A DNA stretch of 64,000 nucleotides from Candidatus Eiseniibacteriota bacterium (GTDB lineage Bacteria; Eisenbacteria; RBG-16-71-46): positions 100,795 through 164,794 of the forward strand of contig JBGAML010000010.1 of NCBI GenBank assembly GCA_044223005.1, read 5' to 3'. The notes under the pieces were generated by a model that made no database searches, was not told the DNA's origin, and saw nothing but the letters and a program-made list of their open reading frames with translations. The position numbers were made by a program, and so were the translations under genes. This document shows positions 19,807 to 29,333 of the stretch, one piece after another; positions within the stretch are counted from its first letter, which is position 1, and every line of letters begins with the position of its first letter.

Positions 19807-21945
19807 GTGACCCCCGTGATCGCCCGCCGCGTCCTCGTCCTGATGTGCGCGGTGCTCGCGTTCGCGGCGCCGCGTCCGTCGCTGGCCGATCCGGTCGCCG
19901 AGTCCATCGGCGACCGGATCGTGCGTTTCTGGGCCGACTCGAGCGCGCGCGCGCTCGCGCTGCCGTCGATCGCGCTCGTCTCGCCGCGGCCCGCGCAGGG
20001 ACCGGCTCCGGCGGAGTTCCGCACGCGGCCGCGATTCACGAGCGCCGGCGGCGGCACGATCGTCCGCGTCGAGGCCGGCCGCGGCACGTCGCTCTACGGC
20101 ACCGGCGAGGCCGCCGGACCGCTGCAGCGCAACGGCCGCACGATCGTGTGCTGGAACCTCGACGCGTACGGCTGGAGCGAGAGCTCGCCGAACCTCTACC
20201 AGTCGCACCCGTGGGTGCTCGGCGTGCGCGCAGACGGCAGCAGCTTCGGCGTGCTCGCCGACACGCCGGCGATGGTGACGATCGACCTGTCGCACGACGT
20301 CGAGTTCCGCGTGCAGGGGGCGGGCTTCCCCGTGATCGTGATCGAGCGCCCCTCGCCACAGGAGGTGGTGCGCGCGCTCGCCGACCTGACCGGTCACATG
20401 CCGCTGCCGCCCCGGTGGGCGATCGGCTTCCAGCAGTGCCGCTACTCGTACGCGCCCGACACCGAGGTGGTGCGCATCGCGCGCGAGTTCCGCACGCGCG
20501 GCCTGCCGTGCGACGTGCTGTGGATGGACATCGACTACATGGACCGCCACCAGCCGTTCACGTTCGACCCGGTGGGCTTCCCGCACCCGGACGTGCTCGA
20601 CGACACGCTGCACGCGCGCGGCTTCCGCTCGGTGTGGATCCTCGATCCCGGCATCCGCGAGGACGGCAGCGACCCCGTCTCCGCCGAGGGCACCGCGAAG
20701 CGCCTCTGGGTGACGATGCCGGACGGCGAGCCGTTCCGCGGCCGCGTCTGGCCGGGCGACTGCACGTGGCCCGACTTCACGAACCGCGCGACGCGCGCCT
20801 GGTGGAGCCGGCTCGTGGGCGAGTTCGCGATGCGCACGAAGGCGGACGGCATCTGGAACGACATGAACGAGCCCGCGGTGTTCGGCGTCGACGGCAAGAC
20901 GATGCCCGTCACCGCGCGGCACGAGGCCGACGCCGAACTCGGCGGCCCCGGCTGGCACGCGCGCTACCACAACGTCTACGGCATGCAGATGGCCCGCGCG
21001 TCGTGGGAGGGCCTGAAGGCCGTGCGCCCCGGCGCGCGGCCGTTCGTGCTCTCGCGCGCCAACTACCTGGGCGGCCAGCGCTGGGCCGCGGCATGGACGG
21101 GAGACAACCACGCGAGCCCCGAGCACCTCGCGATGGCGGTGCCGATGGTGCTCAACATGGGTCTCTCGGGGCAGCCGTTCGCGGGCCCCGACATCGGCGG
21201 CTACGCGGGACCGCTCAACGGCACCGAGTTCGCGCAATGGATGGGCGTGGGCTCGCTGCTGCCGTTCTCGCGCGCGCACACCGAGAAGGGCGGGATCCGC
21301 AAGGAACCCTGGAGTTTCGGTCCGCAGGTCGAAGCCCTCTGCCGGCGCGCGCTGCTCACGCGCTACCGGCTGCTCCCCTACCTCTACACCACGTTCGAGG
21401 AGGCCGCACGCACGGGCCTGCCCGTCGCGCGGCCCGCGTTCTTCGCGGCGCCGGCCACCGACTGGGTGCGCACGGTGGAGCACGAGTTCCTGCTGGGCGG
21501 CGACGTGCTCGTGGACCTGTGGTTCCGGCCCGAGTGGAAGGACGCGCGCCGGCTCTCGGACGACCACGCGGCGTGGCGCGAGGCGATCGTGGAACCGGGC
21601 GAGCCGAACGACGCGATCCCGATGCTGTCGGTCCGCGCGGGCGCGATCGTGCCGCTGGGCCCCGAGATGCATTGGACGAGCGAGCGGCCGCTCGACGAGG
21701 TCGAGCTGCTCGTCGCGCCCGACGCGAACGGCCGCGCCGAGGGCACGCTCTACGAGGACGCGGGCGACGGCGACGGCTGGACGCGCGGCGAGTTCCTGCG
21801 CACGCGCTTCGTCGCCGAGACGCGCGGCCGCACGCTCGCCGTGCGCATCGCGGGCCGCGAGGGCACGTGGGCGCCGCCCGCGAACCGGCGCTGGCGCGTC
21901 ACGGTGCTCGGCGGCGTGAAGGGACTGAAGGTCGAGGGGCCGTAG
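19807..21945 (+). CDS. Glycoside hydrolase family 31 (alpha-glucosidase-like), secreted
   Basis: WMDIDYM, GIWNDMNEP nucleophile, WTGDN acid/base, GPDIGG, LYEDAGDG; signal peptide. Confidence 0.95.
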   Translation: MTPVIARRVLVLMCAVLAFAAPRPSLADPVAESIGDRIVRFWADSSARALALPSIALVSPRPAQGPAPAEFRTRPRFTSAGGGTIVRVEAGRGTSLYGTGEAAGPLQRNGRTIVCWNLDAYGWSESSPNLYQSHPWVLGVRADGSSFGVLADTPAMVTIDLSHDVEFRVQGAGFPVIVIERPSPQEVVRALADLTGHMPLPPRWAIGFQQCRYSYAPDTEVVRIAREFRTRGLPCDVLWMDIDYMDRHQPFTFDPVGFPHPDVLDDTLHARGFRSVWILDPGIREDGSDPVSAEGTAKRLWVTMPDGEPFRGRVWPGDCTWPDFTNRATRAWWSRLVGEFAMRTKADGIWNDMNEPAVFGVDGKTMPVTARHEADAELGGPGWHARYHNVYGMQMARASWEGLKAVRPGARPFVLSRANYLGGQRWAAAWTGDNHASPEHLAMAVPMVLNMGLSGQPFAGPDIGGYAGPLNGTEFAQWMGVGSLLPFSRAHTEKGGIRKEPWSFGPQVEALCRRALLTRYRLLPYLYTTFEEAARTGLPVARPAFFAAPATDWVRTVEHEFLLGGDVLVDLWFRPEWKDARRLSDDHAAWREAIVEPGEPNDAIPMLSVRAGAIVPLGPEMHWTSERPLDEVELLVAPDANGRAEGTLYEDAGDGDGWTRGEFLRTRFVAETRGRTLAVRIAGREGTWAPPANRRWRVTVLGGVKGLKVEGP

Positions 21946-21957
21946 GCGCCGGCCGCG

Positions 21958-22314
21958 TCACAGCGTGATCACGCGCTCCGCGCGCAGCTGTGCGTCGAGG
22001 ATGTCCGGCATGCCGCAGGCGCGGCCGGCGCGGAGCTTGTCCTTGAGGCCGAAGTACTCGAGGCACGTCGTGCAGACGAGAAGCCGGCAACCGCGGCGTT
22101 CGAGTTCGGCCAGCGCCTCGAGCACCGGCGAGCCCTCGCACGCGAGGTGCACGCCCTCGGTGTAGAAGCCGATCGCCGCGGGCACGAGATCGCCCGCGAG
22201 CAGCAGTCCGAAGTACTTGGACGCGAGCGCCTGCTGCAGGGGCGCCTCGGCGAATCCGAGTCCGTCGCGGGTGACGAGCAGGGCGGTGTTCGCGAAGCGG
22301 GCGTCGGAACTCAT
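21958..22314 (-). CDS. DsrE/YedF-like sulfur/selenium relay protein
   Basis: FYTEGVHL, CTTCLEYFGL, M.DI....RAERVITL; ATG 22314 after GGAGG. Confidence 0.8.
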   Translation of the reverse strand: MSSDARFANTALLVTRDGLGFAEAPLQQALASKYFGLLLAGDLVPAAIGFYTEGVHLACEGSPVLEALAELERRGCRLLVCTTCLEYFGLKDKLRAGRACGMPDILDAQLRAERVITL

Positions 22315-22446
22315 CGGACCTCCGGGGTCGGGAACGGTGCGGGCGCGCCGGACACGGCGCGCCCACGAAGCGCGACCCCGGAAGCGTAACGCGGGCACGC
22401 GGCGCTGTCGCGCGGCGTGCCCCGGCGGGGCGTCCCCGGCCGGCGC

Positions 22447-22953
22447 TCAGTCGAACTCGTACTCCGGCTTCGGCGGCACCTGCTCCAGCCCGGTGCGGCC
22501 GGCGACGATCTCGGCGCGCGAATAGTTCTCGCCCTTCATCTTGTGACCCGAGAGCCGCCGCAGCATCGCGAGCTGGCCCGTGTGCGTGAGTGCGTCGGCG
22601 AGGCCGGCCTGGAAGAGCTCACCCGGATCCCAGCGCAGCGGCGCATCCGAAGCGAGGTGCTGGTCCAGCGCGCCGATCGCGGCGAAGAAGCGTTCCTGCT
22701 CCGCCGCCCACGGCAGCGGTGTCGCGGTGGTCCAGCGCCGCTCGCCGTCGCGCGCCATGCGCAACGACCAGTCGAGCAGGTCGCCCATGTGCGCGAGCAG
22801 CGTGCGCGGCGAGTTGGAGTCGGGCGACGCGAGCCAGTCCGCGAACGCGTCCGGCGTGCCGCGCACGGTCTTGCCGGCGCGGTACGCCAGCGTCGCCAGC
22901 ACGTGCCGCAGGAACGCGCGCGCGCCCGGGTCGGCCAGATCGAGCGCGCTCAC
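22447..22953 (-). CDS. DinB-like four-helix bundle protein
   Basis: LLAHMGDL and DALTHTGQLAMLRRL.G motifs; overlaps the regulator stop. Confidence 0.75.
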   Translation of the reverse strand: MSALDLADPGARAFLRHVLATLAYRAGKTVRGTPDAFADWLASPDSNSPRTLLAHMGDLLDWSLRMARDGERRWTTATPLPWAAEQERFFAAIGALDQHLASDAPLRWDPGELFQAGLADALTHTGQLAMLRRLSGHKMKGENYSRAEIVAGRTGLEQVPPKPEYEFD

Positions 22954-23726
22954 CGCAGGCGGCGCCGCACTTCGGCCGCGCGGCGCTCGCTGGCCTCGAC
23001 GCGCGTGCCGTCCTTCAGCCGCAGCACCAGCACGCCGTCCTCGGCGCCGTAGCTCTCGATCGCGTTCACGTTGACCAGTGCGCCACGGTGCACGCGCACG
23101 AACTGGCCCTCGGGCAGGCGCGTCTCCAGCTCCTGCAGCGTGTAGTCGACCAGGTACTCCTTGCCCTCGCTGCTCGCGAGCACCAGGCGGTCGCGCGAGA
23201 AGACGAGCGGCACGTCGGACAGGTCGAGCAGCTTCACCTCGCGACGGTGCCGCACGGGCAGCCGCAGCAGCGGCGGCGCGCCCTGCTTGGCCGGCGGGTT
23301 CGCGAGCACGTCGCGCGCGACGGTCGCGGCGGGTGCCCGGCGCGCCCCGTCGTGCACCTCGGCGCGCACGCGCGCCACGGTCTCGGCGAGCCGCTCGCGG
23401 CGGATGGGCTTCAAGACGTAGTCCAGCGCCGCCAGCTCGAACGCCTCGACGGCGTGCTGGTCGTACGCGGTCACGAACACCACGACCGGGGCGTCGTCGC
23501 CCTTCAGGTGCCGCGCGACCTCGAGCCCCGACACGTCGGGCATGTGGATGTCGAGGAAGGCCGCGTCCGGCTTGGCGCGCGCGATCTGCGCGAACGCCTC
23601 GGCACCGTTGCGCGCCGAACCCACCACCTCGACGCCGTCGTGCTCGGCGAGCAGCCGCTCGAGATACTGCCTCGCGCGAGGTTCGTCGTCCGCGATCACC
23701 ACGCGCAGCGTTTCGCTCCGGTTCAC
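22950..23726 (-). CDS. LytTR family response regulator
   Basis: IADDEP, FLDIHMP, FVTAYD, DYVLKP receiver; FVRVHRGALVN LytTR domain; GTG 23726. Confidence 0.93.
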   Translation of the reverse strand: MNRSETLRVVIADDEPRARQYLERLLAEHDGVEVVGSARNGAEAFAQIARAKPDAAFLDIHMPDVSGLEVARHLKGDDAPVVVFVTAYDQHAVEAFELAALDYVLKPIRRERLAETVARVRAEVHDGARRAPAATVARDVLANPPAKQGAPPLLRLPVRHRREVKLLDLSDVPLVFSRDRLVLASSEGKEYLVDYTLQELETRLPEGQFVRVHRGALVNVNAIESYGAEDGVLVLRLKDGTRVEASERRAAEVRRRLR

Positions 23727-25867
23727 CGCTCGCCTCCCTCCTCGCGGGACCAGCGCATGCGCACGACGAACCCGCCGTGCTCGCCCGGCCCCGAGGTCAC
23801 GCGCGCGCCCGCACCGCCGAAGCGGCGGACGCGCTGTTCCAGGTTCTCCAGCCCGACACCCAGCCCCGGTCCGCCGTTGGCGTGCGGGCGGCCGTCGTCG
23901 GCGAACTCCAGCTCGAACCAGCCCTCGCCGGCCCGCGCGCGCAGCGTCATGCGCAGCGGATCCTGCGTGACGGGCACGCCGTACTTGAGACTGTTCTCCA
24001 CCAGCGGCTGCAGCACGAGGGGCGGCACGCCCACCGAGAGCAGCTTCGGATCGCCGTCGTAGCGGAACTCGAGCGGGTTCTCGTAGCGCTCGCGTGCGAC
24101 GCCCAGGTAGTCCTCGACGAACCCGATCTCCTCGGACAGCAGCGCGACGGGACGCTTTCCGGCCTCGACCGTGTAGCGCAGCATGCCGGCCAGGCGCTCC
24201 GTGAAGCGTTGCGCGGCGGGCGGGTCGGTCTCGATCAGGTACGCGAGCGCGTTGAGGGCGTTGAAGAGGAAGTGCGGCTGCACCTGCGCCTGGAGCGCGC
24301 GCAGCTCGGCGCGCGTCGCCGCCTCGCGCATCTCGACCGCCGCGCGCTCGGCGGCGGCGCGCTCGTCGGCGAGTCGCAGGTTGTCGAGCCGGATGCCGGC
24401 CTGGCGCAGCAGCGCCTCGAGGTCCGCACGCGCGTGTTCCGGCGCCTCCTCCGGATCGGCGAGCACCGGCGGGCCGTTCGTCGGCCACGCCACGGGCAGC
24501 GGCCGGCGCAGGCCGCGCGCGATGCCGGCCTCGACCGACCCGCGCACCATGGCGGGATCGAGCGCCGAAAGCAGCTCGCGGCCGGCCTGGTCCATGGAGC
24601 GCCGCAGCGCGACCGGGTCGCGACCGTAGACTCCGTCGATCGCACGCTGCACGCGTTCGCGCAGCGGCGCGAACGCGAACGCGAGCACGAGCGCGGCGAG
24701 CAGGCTGAACGCGAGCGTCTGTTCGCCGGTGACCGACGCGAACAGCCGCTGCCCGCCGAGCACGACCGCGAGGTAGATCGCCGCGAGCACGCCCGAGAGC
24801 AGCGCGTACGGCAGGCCGCCCGCGACGATCCGGCGCGGGTCGAACACGGGATCGTCGGCGATCAGGTAAGCGAAGATGAACGGCGCCGTCAGCCACGCGA
24901 TCAGCACGCTGCTGAACAGCAGCCGCAGCGTCGCCGACGGCATCGCCGCCTGCACGCGCGGGTCGCTGGAGGCGAGGTTGAGCGCCGCGCCCGTCAGCAC
25001 CGCGAACGCCGCGAGCAGCGCCAGCACGCGCTGGTGCGTGCCCGGCGCCCAGTCGTGGGTCGTCCGCGCGTAGCGCTCGACGAGGAACGCGATGCCGGTT
25101 GCGAGCGCGACGGCCTGGTACCAGTTGAGCGCGGCGTCGGGCGGGCTGTGCACCCAGCCGCGCCAGATGGCCCACATGACCACCGGCGTCAGGTAGGCGG
25201 CGATCGTGAAGCCGCGGCCGAGCGTGCGCCCGGGGCCGGGGCCGCGCGGCCGCGGGAACACCGACATGAAATGCACGAAACTCGCCGGGTAGAGCCACGA
25301 GAGCGCTTCATACGCCTTCAAGTACATGCGGAACGCGGGATCGAAGTCGCCCTGCGCGTACTGGTAGAGCCCGAAGATGAGCGCGAGCCCCTGCAGCGCG
25401 GCGAACCACAGGAACGCCCACGCGGACGGCAGGTCGGGCCGGCGCCACACGAGCAGGAACGCGACGAGCGGCGCTGCGATGACGGCGGCGATCGGGTAGA
25501 AGTAGAGTCGCAGCCGCTCCCACGCCGAGAGCCGCACGGGCGGCACGAGCATGCTCATCGGCTGCGAGCCGCGGCGGATCTCGAGCTGGAACGGACCGCG
25601 CGGCCAGCCGTGCAGCCGCAGCGAATCGCGCGTGGCCGCGTCCTCGAGCCGCAGGCCGTCGATCGCGACCAGCGTATCGCCCGCGAGCAGGAGCCCCTTC
25701 GCCGGCGGACCCTCGACGCGCTCCACGACGCGCTTGTCCACGTACGCGCCGAGGCGGCGGTAGGGCGCGTGCGTGAGGAATCGCGGCAGGGCCACGGCGA
25801 CCGCCACCAGCACGACGGCGATCGCGAGGGCGCGGCGGGTGAGCAACGCGGAGTTCACTTCGGGCAC
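23723..25867 (-). CDS. LytS-type sensor histidine kinase with N-terminal PDZ-like domain and multi-TM region
   Basis: GPPAKGLLLAGDTLVAIDG (PDZ-like); LQAQVQPHFLFNALN H-box; LQPLVENSLKYG; GVGLENL. Confidence 0.9.
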   Translation of the reverse strand: MPEVNSALLTRRALAIAVVLVAVAVALPRFLTHAPYRRLGAYVDKRVVERVEGPPAKGLLLAGDTLVAIDGLRLEDAATRDSLRLHGWPRGPFQLEIRRGSQPMSMLVPPVRLSAWERLRLYFYPIAAVIAAPLVAFLLVWRRPDLPSAWAFLWFAALQGLALIFGLYQYAQGDFDPAFRMYLKAYEALSWLYPASFVHFMSVFPRPRGPGPGRTLGRGFTIAAYLTPVVMWAIWRGWVHSPPDAALNWYQAVALATGIAFLVERYARTTHDWAPGTHQRVLALLAAFAVLTGAALNLASSDPRVQAAMPSATLRLLFSSVLIAWLTAPFIFAYLIADDPVFDPRRIVAGGLPYALLSGVLAAIYLAVVLGGQRLFASVTGEQTLAFSLLAALVLAFAFAPLRERVQRAIDGVYGRDPVALRRSMDQAGRELLSALDPAMVRGSVEAGIARGLRRPLPVAWPTNGPPVLADPEEAPEHARADLEALLRQAGIRLDNLRLADERAAAERAAVEMREAATRAELRALQAQVQPHFLFNALNALAYLIETDPPAAQRFTERLAGMLRYTVEAGKRPVALLSEEIGFVEDYLGVARERYENPLEFRYDGDPKLLSVGVPPLVLQPLVENSLKYGVPVTQDPLRMTLRARAGEGWFELEFADDGRPHANGGPGLGVGLENLEQRVRRFGGAGARVTSGPGEHGGFVVRMRWSREEGGER

Positions 25868-26251
25868 CTTCCCACAGTCCGGAACCTGCCCTCAACGCGG
25901 CGCGCGCCACCACGGCGCGCGCCCACGGGAGTTCGAAACGAGCATGCGCTCGCGCGACCGCAGCGTCCGCCGCCGCCCGACGAGCGCGGGGCCGGGGCCG
26001 CCCGGCGCGCTGGCGGCGGGCCCGGCGCCGGGACCCCGGCGAGGCCCATGTCCAAGAAGCGCAAAAGCACGGAGGTGCGAGGGACGAGCGGCCCCCGGGC
26101 GGCGTATTTGAATGTGCGGCCCGGGACCCGGGTGATATAGAGTGCGGGCCGCTCCGCCCGCGCGCGATCGCTCTCCGCGGCGCGGGTTTCACCGTATCCC
26201 GATGGCGGCCTCCCGGCCCGTGGCCGGCCCCGCCCCGACTGGAGGTTTCAC

Positions 26252-27712
26252 TTGATGTTCGCCCGCCGCGCGGCCGCCCTGGCGACGGTGCTCGCCCTCG
26301 CTGCCGTCGTCGCCCACGCCGCCACGACGCCCGCCCGCAAGCCGGCGCGTCCGGCGTCCACCCCAGCGCCGGCCGCGTCCCGCCCCGCGACGCCCCCGCC
26401 CGCGGCCGCTCCGGCCACCCGGCCCGCCGACGGCTCCGAAGCCGTCGATGCCGTGGCCGCCATGGTCAACGACGAAGCCGTGCTGGTGAGCGACGTCGAA
26501 GAACAGCTCTATCTCTTCCTGCAGCAGGTGCAGCAGCAGGGCGGGCGGCTGCCCGACTCGTCGCAGGTCGACACGCTGCGCCGCCAGGTGCTCGACCAGA
26601 TGATCGACGACAAGCTGCTGGCGGGCGAAGCCAAGCGCCAGGGCATCGTGATCGCCGACGCCGACCTCGATCGCGCGGTCGACCAGGACGTCGCGGGGGC
26701 GCGCCAGCGCATGGGCAGCGACGCCGCGTTCCAGGAGCAGCTCAAGCGCGAGGGGCTCACGGAGTCGCAGCTGCGCGACCGGTTCCGCAACGACCGCCGC
26801 AAGCTGATGATGATCGAGCGGCTCAAGATGAAGCAGTTCCCCAAGCGCGCCGTGACGCAGGCCGAGGCCGAGGCCTACTTCAAGGAGCACAAGGACCGCT
26901 TCCCGAAGATGCCCGCCGAGGTCCATCTCCAGGTGATCCAGATCCGCCCCGAGCCGGATTCGGCCGCGGTGGCCGCGGGCCGCGCGCGCATCGAGGCGAT
27001 CCGCAAGCGCCTGCTGGCGGGCGAGAAGTTCGCGAAGGTGGCGGCCGAGACGTCCGAGGACCCGGGCTCGGCCAACGCCGGCGGCGACCTCGGCTTCAAC
27101 GTGCGCGGACGCATGGTGAAGGAGTTCGACGACGCGTCGTTCTCGCTCAAGCTCAACGAGATCAGCCCGCCGCTGCGGACGCAGTACGGCTGGCACGTGC
27201 TGCAGGTGCTCGATCGCGACACCGTGCGCACCGTCGCCGGCCGCGACTCGCTCGACGAAGCGGGCAAGCCGCTGCTCGAGGCGCACGTGCGCCACATCCT
27301 GATCCGCGTGTCGCCGACCGAGGCCGACGTGGCCCGCGCCGCGCAGCTCGCCGCGCACGTTCGCGACGAAGCGCGCAAGGGCACCGACTACGCCACGCTC
27401 GTGCGCCGCTACAGCCGCTACGAGGGACCGACCAACGCCGACGGCGACGTCGGCTTCATCTCGCTCGGCACGCTGCAGCCGTCGATCCGCGCCGGCCTCG
27501 ACACGCTCGAGATCGGACAGGTCAGCGACGTGCTCGAGAACCAGTCCGGCTTCAACCTGTTCAAGGTGGTGGACCGCCACCCCGAGCGCGAGTACACGCT
27601 CGAGGAAGTCCGCGACCAGCTGCCGGACTACGTCGCGAACATGCAGCGGCAGGAACGCTACGACGCCTGGATCAAGACGCTGAGGACCAAGGCCCAGATC
27701 GAATACCGCTGA
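26252..27712 (+). CDS. surA: SurA-like periplasmic chaperone / peptidyl-prolyl isomerase
   Basis: DAVAAMVNDEAV SurA N-domain; two parvulin domains (FAKVA..SED..S..GGDLG and VRHILIR); RBS GGAGG. Confidence 0.88.
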   Translation: MMFARRAAALATVLALAAVVAHAATTPARKPARPASTPAPAASRPATPPPAAAPATRPADGSEAVDAVAAMVNDEAVLVSDVEEQLYLFLQQVQQQGGRLPDSSQVDTLRRQVLDQMIDDKLLAGEAKRQGIVIADADLDRAVDQDVAGARQRMGSDAAFQEQLKREGLTESQLRDRFRNDRRKLMMIERLKMKQFPKRAVTQAEAEAYFKEHKDRFPKMPAEVHLQVIQIRPEPDSAAVAAGRARIEAIRKRLLAGEKFAKVAAETSEDPGSANAGGDLGFNVRGRMVKEFDDASFSLKLNEISPPLRTQYGWHVLQVLDRDTVRTVAGRDSLDEAGKPLLEAHVRHILIRVSPTEADVARAAQLAAHVRDEARKGTDYATLVRRYSRYEGPTNADGDVGFISLGTLQPSIRAGLDTLEIGQVSDVLENQSGFNLFKVVDRHPEREYTLEEVRDQLPDYVANMQRQERYDAWIKTLRTKAQIEYR

Positions 27713-27756
27713 TCGCCGGCGGCCCCACGGACGGGGACCGCGGCCAGGGAGGCTCG

Positions 27757-28473
27757 ATGATCTCCTTCGAGCACGTGACGAAGCGCTATGGAGAGCGCCT
27801 CGCGCTCGACGACGTGTCGTGGCGCATGGACGAAGGCGAGTGCGTGGTCGTGCTGGGGCATAGTGCCGCCGGCAAGACCACGCTCCTCCGCCTGATCACC
27901 CACGAGACGCAGCCCACCTCCGGCAAGGTCGTGGTGGGCACGTTCCGCGGCGGCCGCCTCTCCCGCGGGCACCGGGCGCTGCTGCGGCGCACGGTGGGCG
28001 TGGTGTACGAGGACTTCCGCCTGCTCCCGGATCGCAGCGTGTTCGAGAACGTGGCGCTCGCGCTGCGCATCTCGGGGCACTTCGCGGACTCCGAGGTCAT
28101 CCCGCGCACCATGCGCGCGCTCGAGGAGGTCGGCCTGCAGCACCAGCAGGCGCGGCTCCCCGGCGAGCTTTCGTTCGGCGAACGCCAGCGCTGCGCGATC
28201 GCGCGCGCGATCGTGAACCGGCCGGCGGTGCTGCTCGCGGACGAGCCCACGGGCGCGCTCGAGACGCGCAGCGCGGGCGAGATCCTCGGGCTGCTGCTCC
28301 GCATCCACCGCGAAGGCGCGGCGCTGATCGTCGGCACGACACGGCCCGAGGTCGCGGACGCGCTCGGCGGCCGCCGCCTGCTGCTCGAAGAGGGCCGCCT
28401 GCGCGAAGCCACGCCGGCCGGCGCCTTCATGCCGCCCGCCGGCGGCGCCCGCCCCGGAACGGAAGGAGCCTGA
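27757..28473 (+). CDS. ftsE: Cell division ABC ATP-binding protein FtsE (degenerate motifs)
   Basis: Walker A GHSAAGKTT, DFRLLPDRSVFENVAL, ARAIVNRPAVLLADEPTG; directly upstream of ftsX. Confidence 0.85.
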   Translation: MISFEHVTKRYGERLALDDVSWRMDEGECVVVLGHSAAGKTTLLRLITHETQPTSGKVVVGTFRGGRLSRGHRALLRRTVGVVYEDFRLLPDRSVFENVALALRISGHFADSEVIPRTMRALEEVGLQHQQARLPGELSFGERQRCAIARAIVNRPAVLLADEPTGALETRSAGEILGLLLRIHREGAALIVGTTRPEVADALGGRRLLLEEGRLREATPAGAFMPPAGGARPGTEGA

Positions 28474-28475
28474 CC

Positions 28476-29333
28476 ATGCACCTCTTCTTCTTCCGCGAAG
28501 CGTGGCGCTCGTTCAACGCCCACCGGGGGCTGGCGTTCACCGCGATCTTCTCCATGACCGCCGCGCTGGTGCTGGCGGGCGCGTTCCTGCTCGCGAGCTA
28601 CAACGTACGCCAGTCGCTGTCGGCGATGGGCGACCGGCGCGAGATGGTCGTCTACCTCAAGGACGAGGCGGGCGAATCGGACGTGAAGGCGCTGCAGGAG
28701 AAGATCTCGCAGTACTTCGGCACGTCCACGTTCGTGAGCCGCGCCCAGGCGTGGAACGAGTTCACGCAGCAGGTGGGCGACCCCGAGCTGCTGCAGGCGG
28801 TGGACACGAACCCGCTGCCGGCCTCGCTGCGGGTCAAGCTGCGGCCCGAGCTGCAGAACTTCGCCGCAATGGATACGAGCGCGCGCCAGATCGAGCGGTT
28901 TCCCGAGGTCGAGGCCGTGCGCTACGGCGCCGAGTGGGTGCGCCGTCTCGACGAACTCGACGACGCGGCCAAGCGCGCGGCGATCATCGTGGGCGCGCTC
29001 GTCGCGCTCGCGCTCGTCTTCGTGCTCTACAACACGCTCCGCCTGACGGTGTTCGCGCGCCGGCACCAGGTCGAGATCATGACGAAGCTCGGCGCCACCG
29101 ACCGGTTCGTCGCGCTGCCGTTCGTGATCGAGGCGATGCTGCAGGCGGTGATCGCGGCGAGCCTCGCGCTCGCGCTGCTCTGGGCGGCGCAGGCCGCGCT
29201 CGCGCAGCGTCTGCAGAGCCTGGTGTTCCTGCCCACGACGTGGGCGCTCGCGTTCGTGGGCGGCGCCGTTCTGGTGGCGTGGCTTGCGTCGTCGCTCGCG
29301 CTGACCCGGATCCTCCGCAGCGTGGGATCGTGA
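28476..29333 (+). CDS. ftsX: Cell division permease FtsX
   Basis: Four TM segments; NPLPASLRV, NTLRLTVFARR..VEIM.KLGATDRFV.LPFVIE. Confidence 0.93.
   Translation: MHLFFFREAWRSFNAHRGLAFTAIFSMTAALVLAGAFLLASYNVRQSLSAMGDRREMVVYLKDEAGESDVKALQEKISQYFGTSTFVSRAQAWNEFTQQVGDPELLQAVDTNPLPASLRVKLRPELQNFAAMDTSARQIERFPEVEAVRYGAEWVRRLDELDDAAKRAAIIVGALVALALVFVLYNTLRLTVFARRHQVEIMTKLGATDRFVALPFVIEAMLQAVIAASLALALLWAAQAALAQRLQSLVFLPTTWALAFVGGAVLVAWLASSLALTRILRSVGS

Noticed and set aside
25921..25950. GGAGTTCGAAAC resembling a tRNA T-loop
   Set aside because: No T-stem, acceptor stem or cloverleaf in the flanks
26048..26140. Small basic ORF MSKKRKSTEVRGTSGPRAAYLNVRPGTRVI upstream of surA
   Set aside because: Poor SD spacing, overlaps the likely surA promoter region, no recognisable family
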